Shown here in pieces: positions 17,595 to 28,249 of a stretch of 64,000 nucleotides of DNA (the stretch's first letter is position 1; every line of letters begins with the position of its first letter). Source of the stretch: a virus; IMG/VR virus record IMGVR_UViG_3300019776_000919, positions 96,001-160,000 of that record. One strand, 5' to 3'. A program made the translations under genes and the position numbers. Below the pieces are notes generated by a model that ran no database searches, was not told the origin of the DNA, and saw nothing but the letters and a program-made list of their open reading frames with translations.

Positions 17595-18171
17595 TCAAAA
17601 GCCAGTTTTTTTCTAGGCTGTTGTAATTTGTCCGGAATTTGTGGCAGAAATTGTTCCAGTAAAATCAGGGAAGAGCCACTTTTTATTTTTTCATTTTTCA
17701 AAAAGTGGCTTCAGGAGTTCCAGTCTTTATTGGTAAAATAGGGTCAAAAGCCAGTTTTCCACTTTTTTTGGAAAAAATATACATACTCTATGAGAGAGAA
17801 AAAAATTTCTGGAAAAATGGAATTCAATATTGTAATATTAAAGTGCCAGTAAAACATACACTTATATATATATATATATATTACTTCTCCTGAGATCTAT
17901 ATTATATATATATATAAGGGACATATTTGTGGCTTTAATGTGTTGATATTTTTTTCCAGAAATTTTCTCTCACACAGAGTATGTATATTTTTTCCAAAAA
18001 AAAGTGGAAAACTGGCTTTTGACCCTCTTTCCCCTGTGGATACTAGAACTCTTGAAGCCACTTTTTGAAAAAACGAAAAATAAAAACTGGCTCTTCCCTG
18101 ATTTTACTGGGACAATTTCTGCCAAAATTTTCGGACAAAACTGGCAAGCAAAAATAAAAACTGGCTTTTGA
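17595..18171. repeat. ~580-bp imperfect inverted repeat with central (TA)n tracts; candidate replication origin or genome-processing site
   Basis: Arms of ~285 bp; near-perfect block 17740-17789 vs 17977-18026; repeated AAAAGCCAGTTTT-type boxes; non-coding; located at the strand switch. Confidence 0.9.
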
Positions 18172-18301
18172 TGTTATTGCACCAATTTAGTGCCGATACG
18201 AATTAAGAGGTTTGGTTAAATTTCACATATACAAGAGTCGAATATAAGTCAACTTGTCTTTCAGTTAAAATTCCTATACAATCTAAGTTCCTAACTCAAA
18301 C

Positions 18302-20116
18302 ATGTCTTCTTTAAATCAACCCCCATTAACCCCAGGTTTTGGTAATTACAGCGGCCTAGCAGGGGGCAGTCACGCACAGACAAAAAATCCCTTCTATTCA
18401 GTAGGTAATCAATTCCTACCTAGAAATCTTCACGATGTTATTAAGTGGGTTAGATTTATTACTGTTCAAAGCCCGGTAACTACCGAGGTTTTACGTAAGC
18501 TATCTACTTATCCAATCACTAAGTTCACTTACGACATCAAGGACCCTGCTTTAAAAGACAAGTATGAAAACATAGCTAAAAGCTTTAAGCTCAAGTCTGT
18601 GCTTCATGATATTGGTTTTCAATATCACACACTTGGAAATGTCTTCATCAGTGTTAATTTCCCTATTCAACGTTTTTATGCTTGCCCTACTGAAGGGTGT
18701 GGAGCTTCTTTCTCCGCTTCAAAGGCGTCGTTCTTGACTTTTAAGAACTACTCTATGAAAGGGGTTTGTCCTAAATGCACAAACGACAATATCTTCAGGA
18801 GAGTTGATACTAAGAGTACCAATATTGATGACATGAACGTCATTGTGTGGGACCCTGTAAATATCTCTGTTAACAATAATCCTATTACTGGGAAGAGTGA
18901 GTACTATTACACTATCCCGAATGAAATAAAAAGAAAAATCCAAGAAGGCGACAGATTCCTTCTAGATTCTATACCTTGGGAATTCGTAGAAGCTGTTAAA
19001 GAGAAAAAACAATTTAAATTTGAAAGCAATAGAATATTTCACCTGAAGAATCTGGACATGGGTTTTTCAGTGAACGGAATCTCTGTCCCCCCTCTCGTTA
19101 GTCATTTCAGTTTGGTTTTCTATCAAGCCACGTTGCGTAAAGCGAATGAGAGCATTGCTACTGACTTCATGGCTCCACTTAGAGTAATTTATCCTCAACC
19201 TCAAACTGCCAATTCTGACCCCGTTGTAAGCTTATCAATGAGAAACTTCTCCAATAGGATGGAAGAAGCTATGATTAAACATAAGCAAGACAATAACCAC
19301 GTTCTTATTGCCCCGGTACCTATCGGGTATCAAGCAGTTAGCGGGGAAGGTAAGACTTTGTTGGTTAATCAAGAAATTGCTCAAGCTGAGGAATCTTTGC
19401 TATTGAGCATGGGTGTAAGTAGAGAATTGCTTAGTGGCACGACTAATTGGACCAGCTCTACTGTTGGTTTAAGAATGTTGAAGAATACATTGGATAGTTA
19501 TGTTAATCAAATCCTTGAGCTATTGGACTGGATTTTTTCAACTAGCGCTACTTATTTAAATTTGCCTGTACGTAAGGTTGGACTTACTCCATTCCAACTT
19601 ACGGATGATGATGCACTGAAAAGCATTCTGATTCAATTAACCCAGTCGGGTAATGTATCCATGACTACGATCTATGAATCGATGGGTAGGTCATATGAAG
19701 AAGAACTTGATCGTATTCGTGAAGAAGCTAAATTAAAGGCCCGTAATGACGTTCGTCAACAATTCGAAGTTGAACAAGCTCAGTACCTAGAAGGTTTAGA
19801 GATCAATAAGGAAAACAAGAAAGACGATGGATACATGGATGTACTTAAAATGTGTCAAGACATGGCTTCTCAACTTATCAATGCAGATGAGGGTACTACT
19901 CGTCAGGTCTTGAATGAATTGAAAGTAACGGACTACGCTAAATACTTGATGGTATCCAAGTTAATAGAAGAAGGTAGAAAAACTCAAACCTTGCAAACTG
20001 ATCAAGAGCTAGCGGCTCAAGCGCAGGATCCTAATTCCCCGAATGCCCCTAAGGGTGCGGATCCCGCGTCAAATCAAAGCACCGGGGGTCAACCTCAAGG
20101 TGACGCACCTGTTTAA
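18302..20116 (+). CDS. probable portal protein with Zn-ribbon insertion
   Basis: 604 aa, first gene of the plus-strand block, helical C-terminal half, low-complexity tail, CxxxxC/CxxC insert; function inferred. Confidence 0.55.
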   Translation: MSSLNQPPLTPGFGNYSGLAGGSHAQTKNPFYSVGNQFLPRNLHDVIKWVRFITVQSPVTTEVLRKLSTYPITKFTYDIKDPALKDKYENIAKSFKLKSVLHDIGFQYHTLGNVFISVNFPIQRFYACPTEGCGASFSASKASFLTFKNYSMKGVCPKCTNDNIFRRVDTKSTNIDDMNVIVWDPVNISVNNNPITGKSEYYYTIPNEIKRKIQEGDRFLLDSIPWEFVEAVKEKKQFKFESNRIFHLKNLDMGFSVNGISVPPLVSHFSLVFYQATLRKANESIATDFMAPLRVIYPQPQTANSDPVVSLSMRNFSNRMEEAMIKHKQDNNHVLIAPVPIGYQAVSGEGKTLLVNQEIAQAEESLLLSMGVSRELLSGTTNWTSSTVGLRMLKNTLDSYVNQILELLDWIFSTSATYLNLPVRKVGLTPFQLTDDDALKSILIQLTQSGNVSMTTIYESMGRSYEEELDRIREEAKLKARNDVRQQFEVEQAQYLEGLEINKENKKDDGYMDVLKMCQDMASQLINADEGTTRQVLNELKVTDYAKYLMVSKLIEEGRKTQTLQTDQELAAQAQDPNSPNAPKGADPASNQSTGGQPQGDAPV

Positions 20117-20129
20117 TACGTAATTTATA

Positions 20130-20417
20130 ATGGAATCACTTCAAAATCTAGACATAAAAACCAAGGGGAGTGCTACTCCTCTTTCAGCGTCTGCCGTACC
20201 TGGTTTTTTACCTTCGAATAAAAACGGAAATCTAAATAAGTTCAGGGTCCGATATCAGAAACTGAATATGGATGAACTCCCTGATATTGCCGAATTGGAA
20301 AAGATTGAAACTAGAGCAATCCATAATGAAGGTTGCTATATTCTTTCCAAGAAAGAGTTCCTGTTTATGGATAAGGTACTTATCCTAGTTCAATACTTAG
20401 AAGAAATTAAAGAATAA
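20130..20417 (+). CDS. hypothetical protein
   Basis: 95 aa, closely coupled between the portal candidate and RNAP. Confidence 0.75.
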   Translation: MESLQNLDIKTKGSATPLSASAVPGFLPSNKNGNLNKFRVRYQKLNMDELPDIAELEKIETRAIHNEGCYILSKKEFLFMDKVLILVQYLEEIKE

Positions 20418-20419
20418 AC

Positions 20420-23400
20420 ATGACTGATAAAATCAATGCCGTAACTGGAGATAAGTTAACTTATATCTTCTCGTCACCTAAGGAGATTAATGACAAGGTT
20501 GATAAAGTTCTAGTTAAAGGTTTGTCCACTCAGTTCCCAGTGGAAGGTAAGCACTTTCGTTTGGAAGTAGATAACATCCGTGCTGAAAGAAAGAACTATT
20601 CTCACGACGATGAAAAAACAGCTATCCTTCAGAGTAAGAGTCTGACGTACCCTATTAAAGCTAGGCTTAAACTTATTCGTAAAGACACCGGAGAGGTCGT
20701 AGATCAGAATCCTGACTTTACGCTTATGGATGGTTTCCATATGACTGAGAAGCATACTCTGCTCTATAAAGGTAATAACTACGGCGTTGCTAATCAATTA
20801 CAATTGCTGCCCGGGGTTTATACCCGTATCGATAACGTGGGTGGGTTAGAGAGTCACTTTAACACTGGCTCAGGTAGAAGCTTTAAGGTTGAACTAGACC
20901 CCCAAACCGAACTTTTTACCATCACTCCTGATGGAACTAGTTCTAAGATTCCTGTTACTCCTCTACTTACTAAAGTATTCGGAGTAGGCCCTTTAGTAGC
21001 CAGCAAATACTTCTCTCCTGAAATCTGGGACAATAACGTTGCTGCTACTGCAGGTAAGGATGACCGCTTTGTAGCAGATCTCTATAGAAAACTAGTTTCT
21101 ACTTCTAAACAAGATCCTCATGCTTCTGTCCCTAAGATGGCTGAACAGCTGAGAGAATCTTTGGCTTCGTCTAAGCTTCACGCTAAGACTACTTTGGCTA
21201 CGTTAGGGAAGTCGTTTGAAGGTATCAACGAAGAGACTATTCTTTTGGCGATGAAGAATCTAGCTGATACCGCTAGTAATAAGCGTAAAGAAGATAACCG
21301 TGACTCCCTGCAATTTAAACGCGTTCAGAATCTTCCGGATTTCCTTAATACTCGTTTCTCTAAAGAGCACCAAGTTGTTAAGTTAATCAAGAGTAGAATG
21401 GCCCGGGAACTGGATCGTATTAATCCTGAAAAACCCACGCTAAAAAATAGCTTAGTACCTAAGCCTTTCAACAAGTTCCTGTCCGGTTACCTCATGGATA
21501 GTAACCTAGTTGCTACCCCGCAAGAAACCAATCCTTTGGAGAGCATTGAAAACGTTGCTAAGGTAACTGTGTTAGGTGCTGGTGAAGGTGGTATCTCCTC
21601 TGATAGAGGCGTACCTATCAGTGCCCGAGACATTGACCCATCCCATTTAGGTATCATTGACCCTAGCCGTACACCTGAAAGTGGACACGCTGGTATTGAC
21701 CAGCGGTTTACCATTACTGCAAGACGTGACGATGACGGTAATCTTTACGCTAGAGTAAAGGATAATAATGGCAAGATCAAATTCTTAAGTACTCAAGATA
21801 TGATGTCTAGTACTATCGGATTCCCCCATCAAGAACACAAGGGTAAGGTACAGGCTCAGATCAAAGGCGAATTGGGAGCTTGCGATGCTTCTGAAGTGGA
21901 TTATTGGTTAGGTGACACCACTGACATGTACACAGTTACTACTAACTTAGTTCCATTCTTGAATAGCAACAGTCCGGGTAGACTTACTATGGCTGGTAAA
22001 GCTATTCCTCAAGCGCTGAGTCTGGTCAATAGAGAGGAGCCACTTGTTCAAACTACTAATGAGCATGGATTACCTTTTGTTAAATTACTAGCTAAGCTGG
22101 GAACTACTGTTGCCCCTCATGCGGGTACGGTCATGAAGGTTGATGGTAACTCAGTAGTTATCAAATCCCCTGAGGGAAAACTCACTTCTGTAAAAGCAGT
22201 TAAGAATCTTCCTTTTAATATGAAGGGTTTCCATGACGATGAAACTCCTTTGGTTAAAGTCGGAGATACTGTTCAGGAGCATGATCAACTATACGAGAGT
22301 AACTACACTAAGAATGGAACTCTTGCCTTGGGTAAGAACTTAGAAGTAGCATATATTCCCTGGAAGGGTTATAACCACGAAGACGGATTGGTAATTAGCC
22401 AGTCTATAGCTGACGGTTTATCTAGCCATCATGCTTATAAAGTTGACTATGAAATCAGCAACGAGTCTGTTCCTAAGAAAGCTTTGTTGGCCCGTTACTT
22501 CCCTGGTAAGTTGACCAAAGAGCAACTAGACAAGCTCGATGATCGAGGTTTTGCTAAACCCGGCGTTACTCTTGAGCATGGAGACCCTGTATTTGCCGTT
22601 CTGGAGCATCGTGAGCCTACGCCTAGTGATAAGATGCTGGGTCGCTTACATAAGAGCTTAGTGACACCATACAAGCTCATTACTGAAGTATGGAATCATG
22701 ATGAAGTCGGTAAGGTTGTTGATGCCCATACTGCAAGTAAGCAGGTTAGATTCATTATCCGTTCTGTAAAGAGTTTAGAAATTGGAGATAAGCTGACTGG
22801 ACTACATGGCAATAAGGGTATCGTATCTTTGATACTCCCTGACTCAAAGATGCCTTACAATAAGAACACTGGTAAGCCGGTTGACATTCTTTTGAACCCT
22901 GCTTCCGTTACTTCACGGGTTAACTTGGGGCAGCTCATGGAAACTGCAGCGGCTAAGATTGCTAAAGCTACTGGTAAGCCATATATGATCCATAACTTTA
23001 GTAAAGGTTCTAACGTAGCCGAGCTTCAAGAAGAGCTAAAAAAACACGGGTTGTCTGATGCTGAGGATATTGTAGATCCGGAAACGAATCGTACATTGGG
23101 TAACATCCTTACCGGCCCCCAGTACTTTATTAAACTTTATAAAACGTCTGATCAAAACTGGTCGGCTAGAAATACTGGTGGGTATGATGCTAACAATCAA
23201 CCTACTAAGGGTGGTGAAGAAGGGTCTAAGAGCGTAGGCTACATGGAAATGCTCGGTTTAATGGGTTCTAATGCTAGAAAGAATCTGAAAGAAATCGCTA
23301 CCATTAAGAGTGAAAACAACCAGGAGTATTGGGATAAGTTTTTACAAGGTCAACCTCTACCTAAACCCAAAACTACGTTTGTATCTAAGAAGTTCTTAGA

Positions 23401-23812
23401 TTATCTAACTGCATCAGGCATCAAGACCACTATTCGTGATGGCGTTATTAAAGCTACCCCTTTGACAGACAAAGACATCCTTGCTATGTCAAATGGAGCT
23501 ATTAAGAATTCATCGATGATCAATGCTAAAACCTTAGGTCCTGACAAGGGTGGATTGTTTGACCCTGCGGTTACTGGTGGATTGGATGGAGAGAAATGGG
23601 CTCATTATAAGCTCGTTGAACCTATTCCTAATCCGTTGATGGAAAGACCCATTAAATCTGTTTTGGGTTTATCAACAAAGGATTTCGAAGACATTACCTT
23701 AGGTAAGATCGGAGTACATCGGGAGGGTGATGTGTTTCATTTACACGATATAGATACTGGCAACAGAATTAAATCTGTTAAAATATCTGCTCTAAATACT
23801 GCAGCAGAATAA
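20420..23812 (+). CDS. multi-subunit RNA polymerase beta subunit fused to the N-terminal part of beta'
   Basis: RDIDPSHLG..DP..TPE, GKNLEVAYIPWKGYNHED, GDKLTGLHGNKG, LNPASVTSRVNLGQ, QPTKGG...GYME; C-terminal GGLFDP..TGG...AHYKLVEP resembles the start of beta'. Confidence 0.93.
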   Translation: MTDKINAVTGDKLTYIFSSPKEINDKVDKVLVKGLSTQFPVEGKHFRLEVDNIRAERKNYSHDDEKTAILQSKSLTYPIKARLKLIRKDTGEVVDQNPDFTLMDGFHMTEKHTLLYKGNNYGVANQLQLLPGVYTRIDNVGGLESHFNTGSGRSFKVELDPQTELFTITPDGTSSKIPVTPLLTKVFGVGPLVASKYFSPEIWDNNVAATAGKDDRFVADLYRKLVSTSKQDPHASVPKMAEQLRESLASSKLHAKTTLATLGKSFEGINEETILLAMKNLADTASNKRKEDNRDSLQFKRVQNLPDFLNTRFSKEHQVVKLIKSRMARELDRINPEKPTLKNSLVPKPFNKFLSGYLMDSNLVATPQETNPLESIENVAKVTVLGAGEGGISSDRGVPISARDIDPSHLGIIDPSRTPESGHAGIDQRFTITARRDDDGNLYARVKDNNGKIKFLSTQDMMSSTIGFPHQEHKGKVQAQIKGELGACDASEVDYWLGDTTDMYTVTTNLVPFLNSNSPGRLTMAGKAIPQALSLVNREEPLVQTTNEHGLPFVKLLAKLGTTVAPHAGTVMKVDGNSVVIKSPEGKLTSVKAVKNLPFNMKGFHDDETPLVKVGDTVQEHDQLYESNYTKNGTLALGKNLEVAYIPWKGYNHEDGLVISQSIADGLSSHHAYKVDYEISNESVPKKALLARYFPGKLTKEQLDKLDDRGFAKPGVTLEHGDPVFAVLEHREPTPSDKMLGRLHKSLVTPYKLITEVWNHDEVGKVVDAHTASKQVRFIIRSVKSLEIGDKLTGLHGNKGIVSLILPDSKMPYNKNTGKPVDILLNPASVTSRVNLGQLMETAAAKIAKATGKPYMIHNFSKGSNVAELQEELKKHGLSDAEDIVDPETNRTLGNILTGPQYFIKLYKTSDQNWSARNTGGYDANNQPTKGGEEGSKSVGYMEMLGLMGSNARKNLKEIATIKSENNQEYWDKFLQGQPLPKPKTTFVSKKFLDYLTASGIKTTIRDGVIKATPLTDKDILAMSNGAIKNSSMINAKTLGPDKGGLFDPAVTGGLDGEKWAHYKLVEPIPNPLMERPIKSVLGLSTKDFEDITLGKIGVHREGDVFHLHDIDTGNRIKSVKISALNTAAE

Positions 23813-23815
23813 TCT

Positions 23816-23840
23816 AAAAAAAGGAGGGTACGCCCTCCTT
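23816..23840 (-). terminator. intrinsic terminator between convergent genes
   Basis: AAGGAGGG-TACG-CCCTCCTT with a T-run on the minus strand. Confidence 0.75.
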
Positions 23841-23850
23841 ATTCACATGC

Positions 23851-24066
23851 TTACTCTATATATCTATCTTCATTTGCAATTTCAATATCAATTGCATCTT
23901 CACGAAGCATGTCGTCCACCTGAGAGAGCCTCAACTTATTTATCTGTCTATTATCAGAACACAACTTGCAATTTCCATGGTTCCTACAACTTCTATCAAA
24001 TCTTTTAGATCCCCGATACTCTTCTCTATCTTCTTTCCCGTATTTGATTGATTTATTTAGAGTCAT
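23851..24066 (-). CDS. small Cys/His protein (SCRNHGNC..C)
   Basis: 71 aa, antisense between the RNAP genes, with its own terminator. Confidence 0.7.
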   Translation of the reverse strand: MTLNKSIKYGKEDREEYRGSKRFDRSCRNHGNCKLCSDNRQINKLRLSQVDDMLREDAIDIEIANEDRYIE

Positions 24067-24109
24067 ATTATTTGTTCAAAATGAGGTAAAATTGTAAGGG
24101 ATAATTCAA

Positions 24110-25264
24110 ATGAATACAATAGATACCGATAGCTTAGTTACCGGCGGAGCAGCAATCAGAGATATGCTTTCTGCTATAGATGTCAAGTCTCAATTAGAAA
24201 CTCTAAAAAAAGATGTTTTGACTATTAAATCAACGTCTAAAAAAGACGCTATGATTAGGAAGATTAAATATCTTCACAGTCTGGATCAAATGGATAAAAA
24301 GCCTGATGACGCTTACATCCTGAACTACATGCCTGTCATCCCTCCTGTCAACCGTAGAACTTTATTCAAGGCTGGAAATCGTGCTGAACATGCAGATGTT
24401 ACAACTTTGTATAAGGACCACATGCTAGTTAATAGCAAACTTGGTGAAATTAAGGACGACGTTGAAGGTTCGGAATTAAAAGATCAAAGAGCTGATTTGT
24501 ACAACGGCGCTAAAGCCGTGATGGGATTAGGAGATGCTATCACTGGATCCAGTAGAGGAAAAACCCTTAAAGGTTTCTTGAAGCAGATTGCAGGAGAAAC
24601 TGGTCCTAAGACAGGTTTTTTCCAAGCCAAAATTTTAAGTAAGAAGCAAGACTTTTCGGGTAGAGCTACTATTTACGCTGAACCCAATCTTGGCTTTAAT
24701 GAAATCGCTTGCCCCGAAGATATGATCTGGGCTATGTATGAGTTTCACATCATTCGAGATTTAGTTAAGAACGGATATACTTATCCGGATGCTAAAAAAG
24801 CGGTTGAAAGTAGAAATGCGTCGGCACAATCTACTTTCAACAAGCTTATTAAGCAGATACCCATTATTGCTAACAGAGCACCTACTCTAATGCAAAGCAA
24901 CATCACTGCTCATTTCCCTGTGCCTATTAAAGGTAAAACATTGGGTATCAATCCGATACACTTACCAATGTACGCAGGGGACTTTGACGGCGATGCTTTA
25001 ACGGTACACGTACCGATTACTCCAGAGGCAATTGACGAGGCTAGAAGGAAGTTGCTTCCTGAGCATCACATGTACGACTTCCGTACAGGTTTGGGAAAAT
25101 CTCTTATCGCCCCTGGTCACGAAGCCATTTTAGGATCACACTACTTGACTGATCCAGATATGACTCAGAACGTCAGAGAATTTGATTCTGAAGCGGATGT
25201 GTTAAAAGCCCTTGAAAAAGGTGAGATTCAAAAGAATACACCCATCAAGTTACGTGGCTCTTAA
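24110..25264 (+). CDS. RNA polymerase beta' central (catalytic) fragment
   Basis: PVIPP..R, KKQDFSGRATI, NRAPTL, catalytic AGDFDGD, VHVP. Confidence 0.93.
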   Translation: MNTIDTDSLVTGGAAIRDMLSAIDVKSQLETLKKDVLTIKSTSKKDAMIRKIKYLHSLDQMDKKPDDAYILNYMPVIPPVNRRTLFKAGNRAEHADVTTLYKDHMLVNSKLGEIKDDVEGSELKDQRADLYNGAKAVMGLGDAITGSSRGKTLKGFLKQIAGETGPKTGFFQAKILSKKQDFSGRATIYAEPNLGFNEIACPEDMIWAMYEFHIIRDLVKNGYTYPDAKKAVESRNASAQSTFNKLIKQIPIIANRAPTLMQSNITAHFPVPIKGKTLGINPIHLPMYAGDFDGDALTVHVPITPEAIDEARRKLLPEHHMYDFRTGLGKSLIAPGHEAILGSHYLTDPDMTQNVREFDSEADVLKALEKGEIQKNTPIKLRGS

Positions 25265-25509
25265 TTACCGAATCCAGTAGAGCTTTGTTGATTATCCGAT
25301 CCAGTACCAAACCCTGATTGCACGTTACGTACAGAAGGGTTTGATCTAGGTTTAGGAACAGTGATAGCAAGCCGACTGGCCTTTGCTGCTATCGTTCCCC
25401 TGGATTTAGGAATAACCTTTACTGCGTCTTGCAAACCGTTTCCGTTTTGGTACGCGTTTTTCAAAGCTTCAATCTCTGACTGTGTCCAGAAATAAGAAGA
25501 GTTTCCCAT
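25261..25509 (-). CDS. small helix-turn-helix protein (Myb/GcrA-like N-terminus)
   Basis: WTQSEIEALK...KSRGTIAAKASRL. Confidence 0.6.
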   Translation of the reverse strand: MGNSSYFWTQSEIEALKNAYQNGNGLQDAVKVIPKSRGTIAAKASRLAITVPKPRSNPSVRNVQSGFGTGSDNQQSSTGFGN

Positions 25510-25512
25510 GTG

Positions 25513-26871
25513 TTACACCGCCGACAGATAAGAGGTGTAATCGACAGTACGTTCAGCCACCTTAGTCAGGACAAGAACTACATTATCTTTTGTCTTGTAC
25601 ACAAACTCACCCGTATCTGCATTGATGGAGTGAACGTCTTTCTGGGTAAACGTGAAAATATCAGATTCTAAAATATCTGACAGAGCGACACTGAGAGTCG
25701 GTTTACCATTGATAAATACGTTGTTAAAACTAAACTCCGGGTACTTATCACTAACTGCATTTTCTTGTTCATAGGAAGTCTTGGTTTCGGGGTTTTTCCG
25801 AACTTCCTCGTAATAAGATGATAGTTCCCGAAACAGTTTTGCATTAAATGCCCCCTCATTGATTCCACCTAATTCAGAATTCAACACTGAAATATTCAGC
25901 GGCACCCTGATTTCAAAATGACAGTGGAAATTGATAGGGTTGATATTTAAAGTCGAATTACTAAGTAGATGGCTAGTAATCGGTTTTTGAAAAGCGGGGT
26001 GAATAATTACAGGTTCAAACCGGGTAACTGCATCTGATTCAGGCTTGGTATTAAGCATTGCAATTGCTTTACCTGCAGGCTCGTTATATAGATTCATTTC
26101 CCAGATCAGAGCACTGAGAGAATCAAAGTTCAAAGACGAGAACAAGCTGCATACTGAAATCAGATCATTCATATGATCTTTATTCTTCAGATTGTCTTCG
26201 GCATATTCTTTGACGAACTGATGCGACAAACCTTTGAAATTCAGATGGTAGTGAATCCGGCCCGGACGATTGCGAAGGTGTTGGTTGATCTTCGACAGAT
26301 CATTGCTGGTAAGCAGGAACAGCTTCTTCGAGGGAAAAGTACCGTCTAGAACAGTGAGCAATGATTGCTGCTGTTCATCGTTAAATACTTTTTCAAATTC
26401 ATCAAACAGAATAATGCATTCTTGTTGAATAGAATACAGAAACTGAAAGAATTGCTCACCAACAACGGCTTCATTGATGACAAGAGTGGGGATGCCTGCG
26501 TTGGCACCTTGAATAGAAATCAAACGAGCCAACAGGGTTTTACCACTGCCCTTGAGCCCATCCAGCAGCACACCCAAGTTACCTTTCTTTGATTGATAGG
26601 TATTCAGGATGCGACTTGCTAAGGCCGGAGTCTCGCCATAAATCCTACCCATCTCCGGAAACGGAGAAGTCATCTCTAAAAAGAAACCCGTCTTGAGAGA
26701 AAACTTAACTAGATAATTTCCAGCGGGAAGTTTATCGTGGATCGGAGGAGTAGATCCTTTGGTATGAGTGAAGAAATTCATACCTTGTTGGATAAAAGAA
26801 ACTTGAGTCAAATCCCGGATAGTTTCTTTTGAAATTTGAACTTGAATAGAAGTATTTTCGATATTGGACAT
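25513..26871 (-). CDS. AAA+ ATPase
   Basis: GLKGSGKT, ILFDEFEK, TSN sensor, RPGR finger. Confidence 0.9.
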   Translation of the reverse strand: MSNIENTSIQVQISKETIRDLTQVSFIQQGMNFFTHTKGSTPPIHDKLPAGNYLVKFSLKTGFFLEMTSPFPEMGRIYGETPALASRILNTYQSKKGNLGVLLDGLKGSGKTLLARLISIQGANAGIPTLVINEAVVGEQFFQFLYSIQQECIILFDEFEKVFNDEQQQSLLTVLDGTFPSKKLFLLTSNDLSKINQHLRNRPGRIHYHLNFKGLSHQFVKEYAEDNLKNKDHMNDLISVCSLFSSLNFDSLSALIWEMNLYNEPAGKAIAMLNTKPESDAVTRFEPVIIHPAFQKPITSHLLSNSTLNINPINFHCHFEIRVPLNISVLNSELGGINEGAFNAKLFRELSSYYEEVRKNPETKTSYEQENAVSDKYPEFSFNNVFINGKPTLSVALSDILESDIFTFTQKDVHSINADTGEFVYKTKDNVVLVLTKVAERTVDYTSYLSAV

Positions 26872-26892
26872 GTACTATTACCTACAAAAAAA

Positions 26893-27267
26893 TTAAACAG
26901 CTTCAGGGGCGGGGTTAACCTTGCACAGGTCACCCATCAATTCAATAGTTTTAGAAAGAGCAATCCTGCGAGCTTTTAGGATACGATCAGGAATCGGTTC
27001 TGCGGTATGAATACCCAGATTGGAGAATTCAGTTTTTCCAAATACAGGCTTACTGTATTCTGTAATGTCACCAAACACTTTACGGTACTGGTGGAGATGT
27101 TCCCACTTCCAGTTAAAAGTAACAGGGTCAAAATCCCCGGGTTTGGCGATTTCAGGGTGAAGTTTTTCGACTGAACTTAGAATCGCTAAGTCCGGTTCAT
27201 TGCCCAGCAAAACCATTTTTGCTGCAAGTTTATATACTTCAGGATCAGGTTGATTTGTGTTTGTCAT
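26893..27267 (-). CDS. hypothetical protein
   Basis: 124 aa downstream of a promoter motif. Confidence 0.7.
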   Translation of the reverse strand: MTNTNQPDPEVYKLAAKMVLLGNEPDLAILSSVEKLHPEIAKPGDFDPVTFNWKWEHLHQYRKVFGDITEYSKPVFGKTEFSNLGIHTAEPIPDRILKARRIALSKTIELMGDLCKVNPAPEAV

Positions 27268-27318
27268 ATTACGCGCGTATAGTAGACTAAAGAAACAAAC
27301 TAAGTTGTTTACAATTGT

Positions 27319-27327
27319 CTTATACCA
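27319..27327 (-). promoter_or_regulatory. promoter core TGGTATAAG (upstream box divergent)
   Basis: Intergenic exact 9-mer. Confidence 0.65.
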
Positions 27328-27353
27328 CGTAATTACAAATTATGTAATTTGAT

Positions 27354-28238
27354 TTATTCGACGGTGTCAATATCACCATCAGCATCGCCGTTATAAATCG
27401 GCATGCGAAGCATTTTATGAGCAAGACCCATGGTTTCTACTTGGATAAGTCTACCTATCCAATCCTTGGGATTGTTCCAAGCGTCTATACGTTCATTCCT
27501 AGAGAACCCCGATCCGACCTTAGCGACTTGCCTGCCAGAAGCATCACAGACTACTACAGCACCCATAGATTGTTTAGGATTCCCATCCTTGTCTATTTCT
27601 TGAATGATGTCAGTTATTTTTAAATTGTAATGTTCTTTGTGCTTTACTTTATATCGAACATTAACATCTTCTGGCTCTGTCAAAGAAGTAATAATAACCC
27701 CTTCTTGACCACCGGCTTTAGTAGAACGTATCAGAGAGTGTATGTCTGAAGGGTTAGAGTATGTTTTTGCAGCGTAGATAAGATCAGGTTTACCGACAAT
27801 GGATTCTACTCTTTTCAAATGATCCATTTTATCTTTATAAGTAGGGAAGTCAGGGTTTATTACGTTGTGTAAAACCGCACGGACTGGACCTATTTTGTTT
27901 TGTGTATCTATTGATCTGGCAGGTAAGGAATTTAGAATACCAGAAACTATCCTATGAGACTCGACATTGGCTTTATTAAAACCCGTATGTATTAATTCTA
28001 CGTTATATACGTGACCCGCAAGTTCCGGATATTTCTTATCTGTTAATTGAGGAAGTTGAAGGGTTCGGTCAGGATAGCCTCCTTTAACAGAAGGACGACG
28101 TGATATAAAAGATAAACTTCCGTCACTAGACACAGGCATAAAGAAATTAGCCCCGTCATATTTGATTGTAGCAACGGGGTTTCTAATTGACATCCAAGAT
28201 GTCTCATCTATATCCTTGTATTTAGAACGGGAGTACAT
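27354..28238 (-). CDS. ATP-dependent DNA ligase (minimal)
   Basis: KYDG (motif I), EGVII (IV), KVK (V), OB fold VGSGF, LRMP. Confidence 0.87.
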   Translation of the reverse strand: MYSRSKYKDIDETSWMSIRNPVATIKYDGANFFMPVSSDGSLSFISRRPSVKGGYPDRTLQLPQLTDKKYPELAGHVYNVELIHTGFNKANVESHRIVSGILNSLPARSIDTQNKIGPVRAVLHNVINPDFPTYKDKMDHLKRVESIVGKPDLIYAAKTYSNPSDIHSLIRSTKAGGQEGVIITSLTEPEDVNVRYKVKHKEHYNLKITDIIQEIDKDGNPKQSMGAVVVCDASGRQVAKVGSGFSRNERIDAWNNPKDWIGRLIQVETMGLAHKMLRMPIYNGDADGDIDTVE

Positions 28239-28249
28239 TGCTTATACTA

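Noticed and set aside
17595-18171. Fold-back assembly artefact or protelomerase site
   Set aside because: The arms differ by many substitutions and indels, so they are not a read chimera; the centre is an asymmetric spacer rather than a perfect palindrome, and no protelomerase is seen
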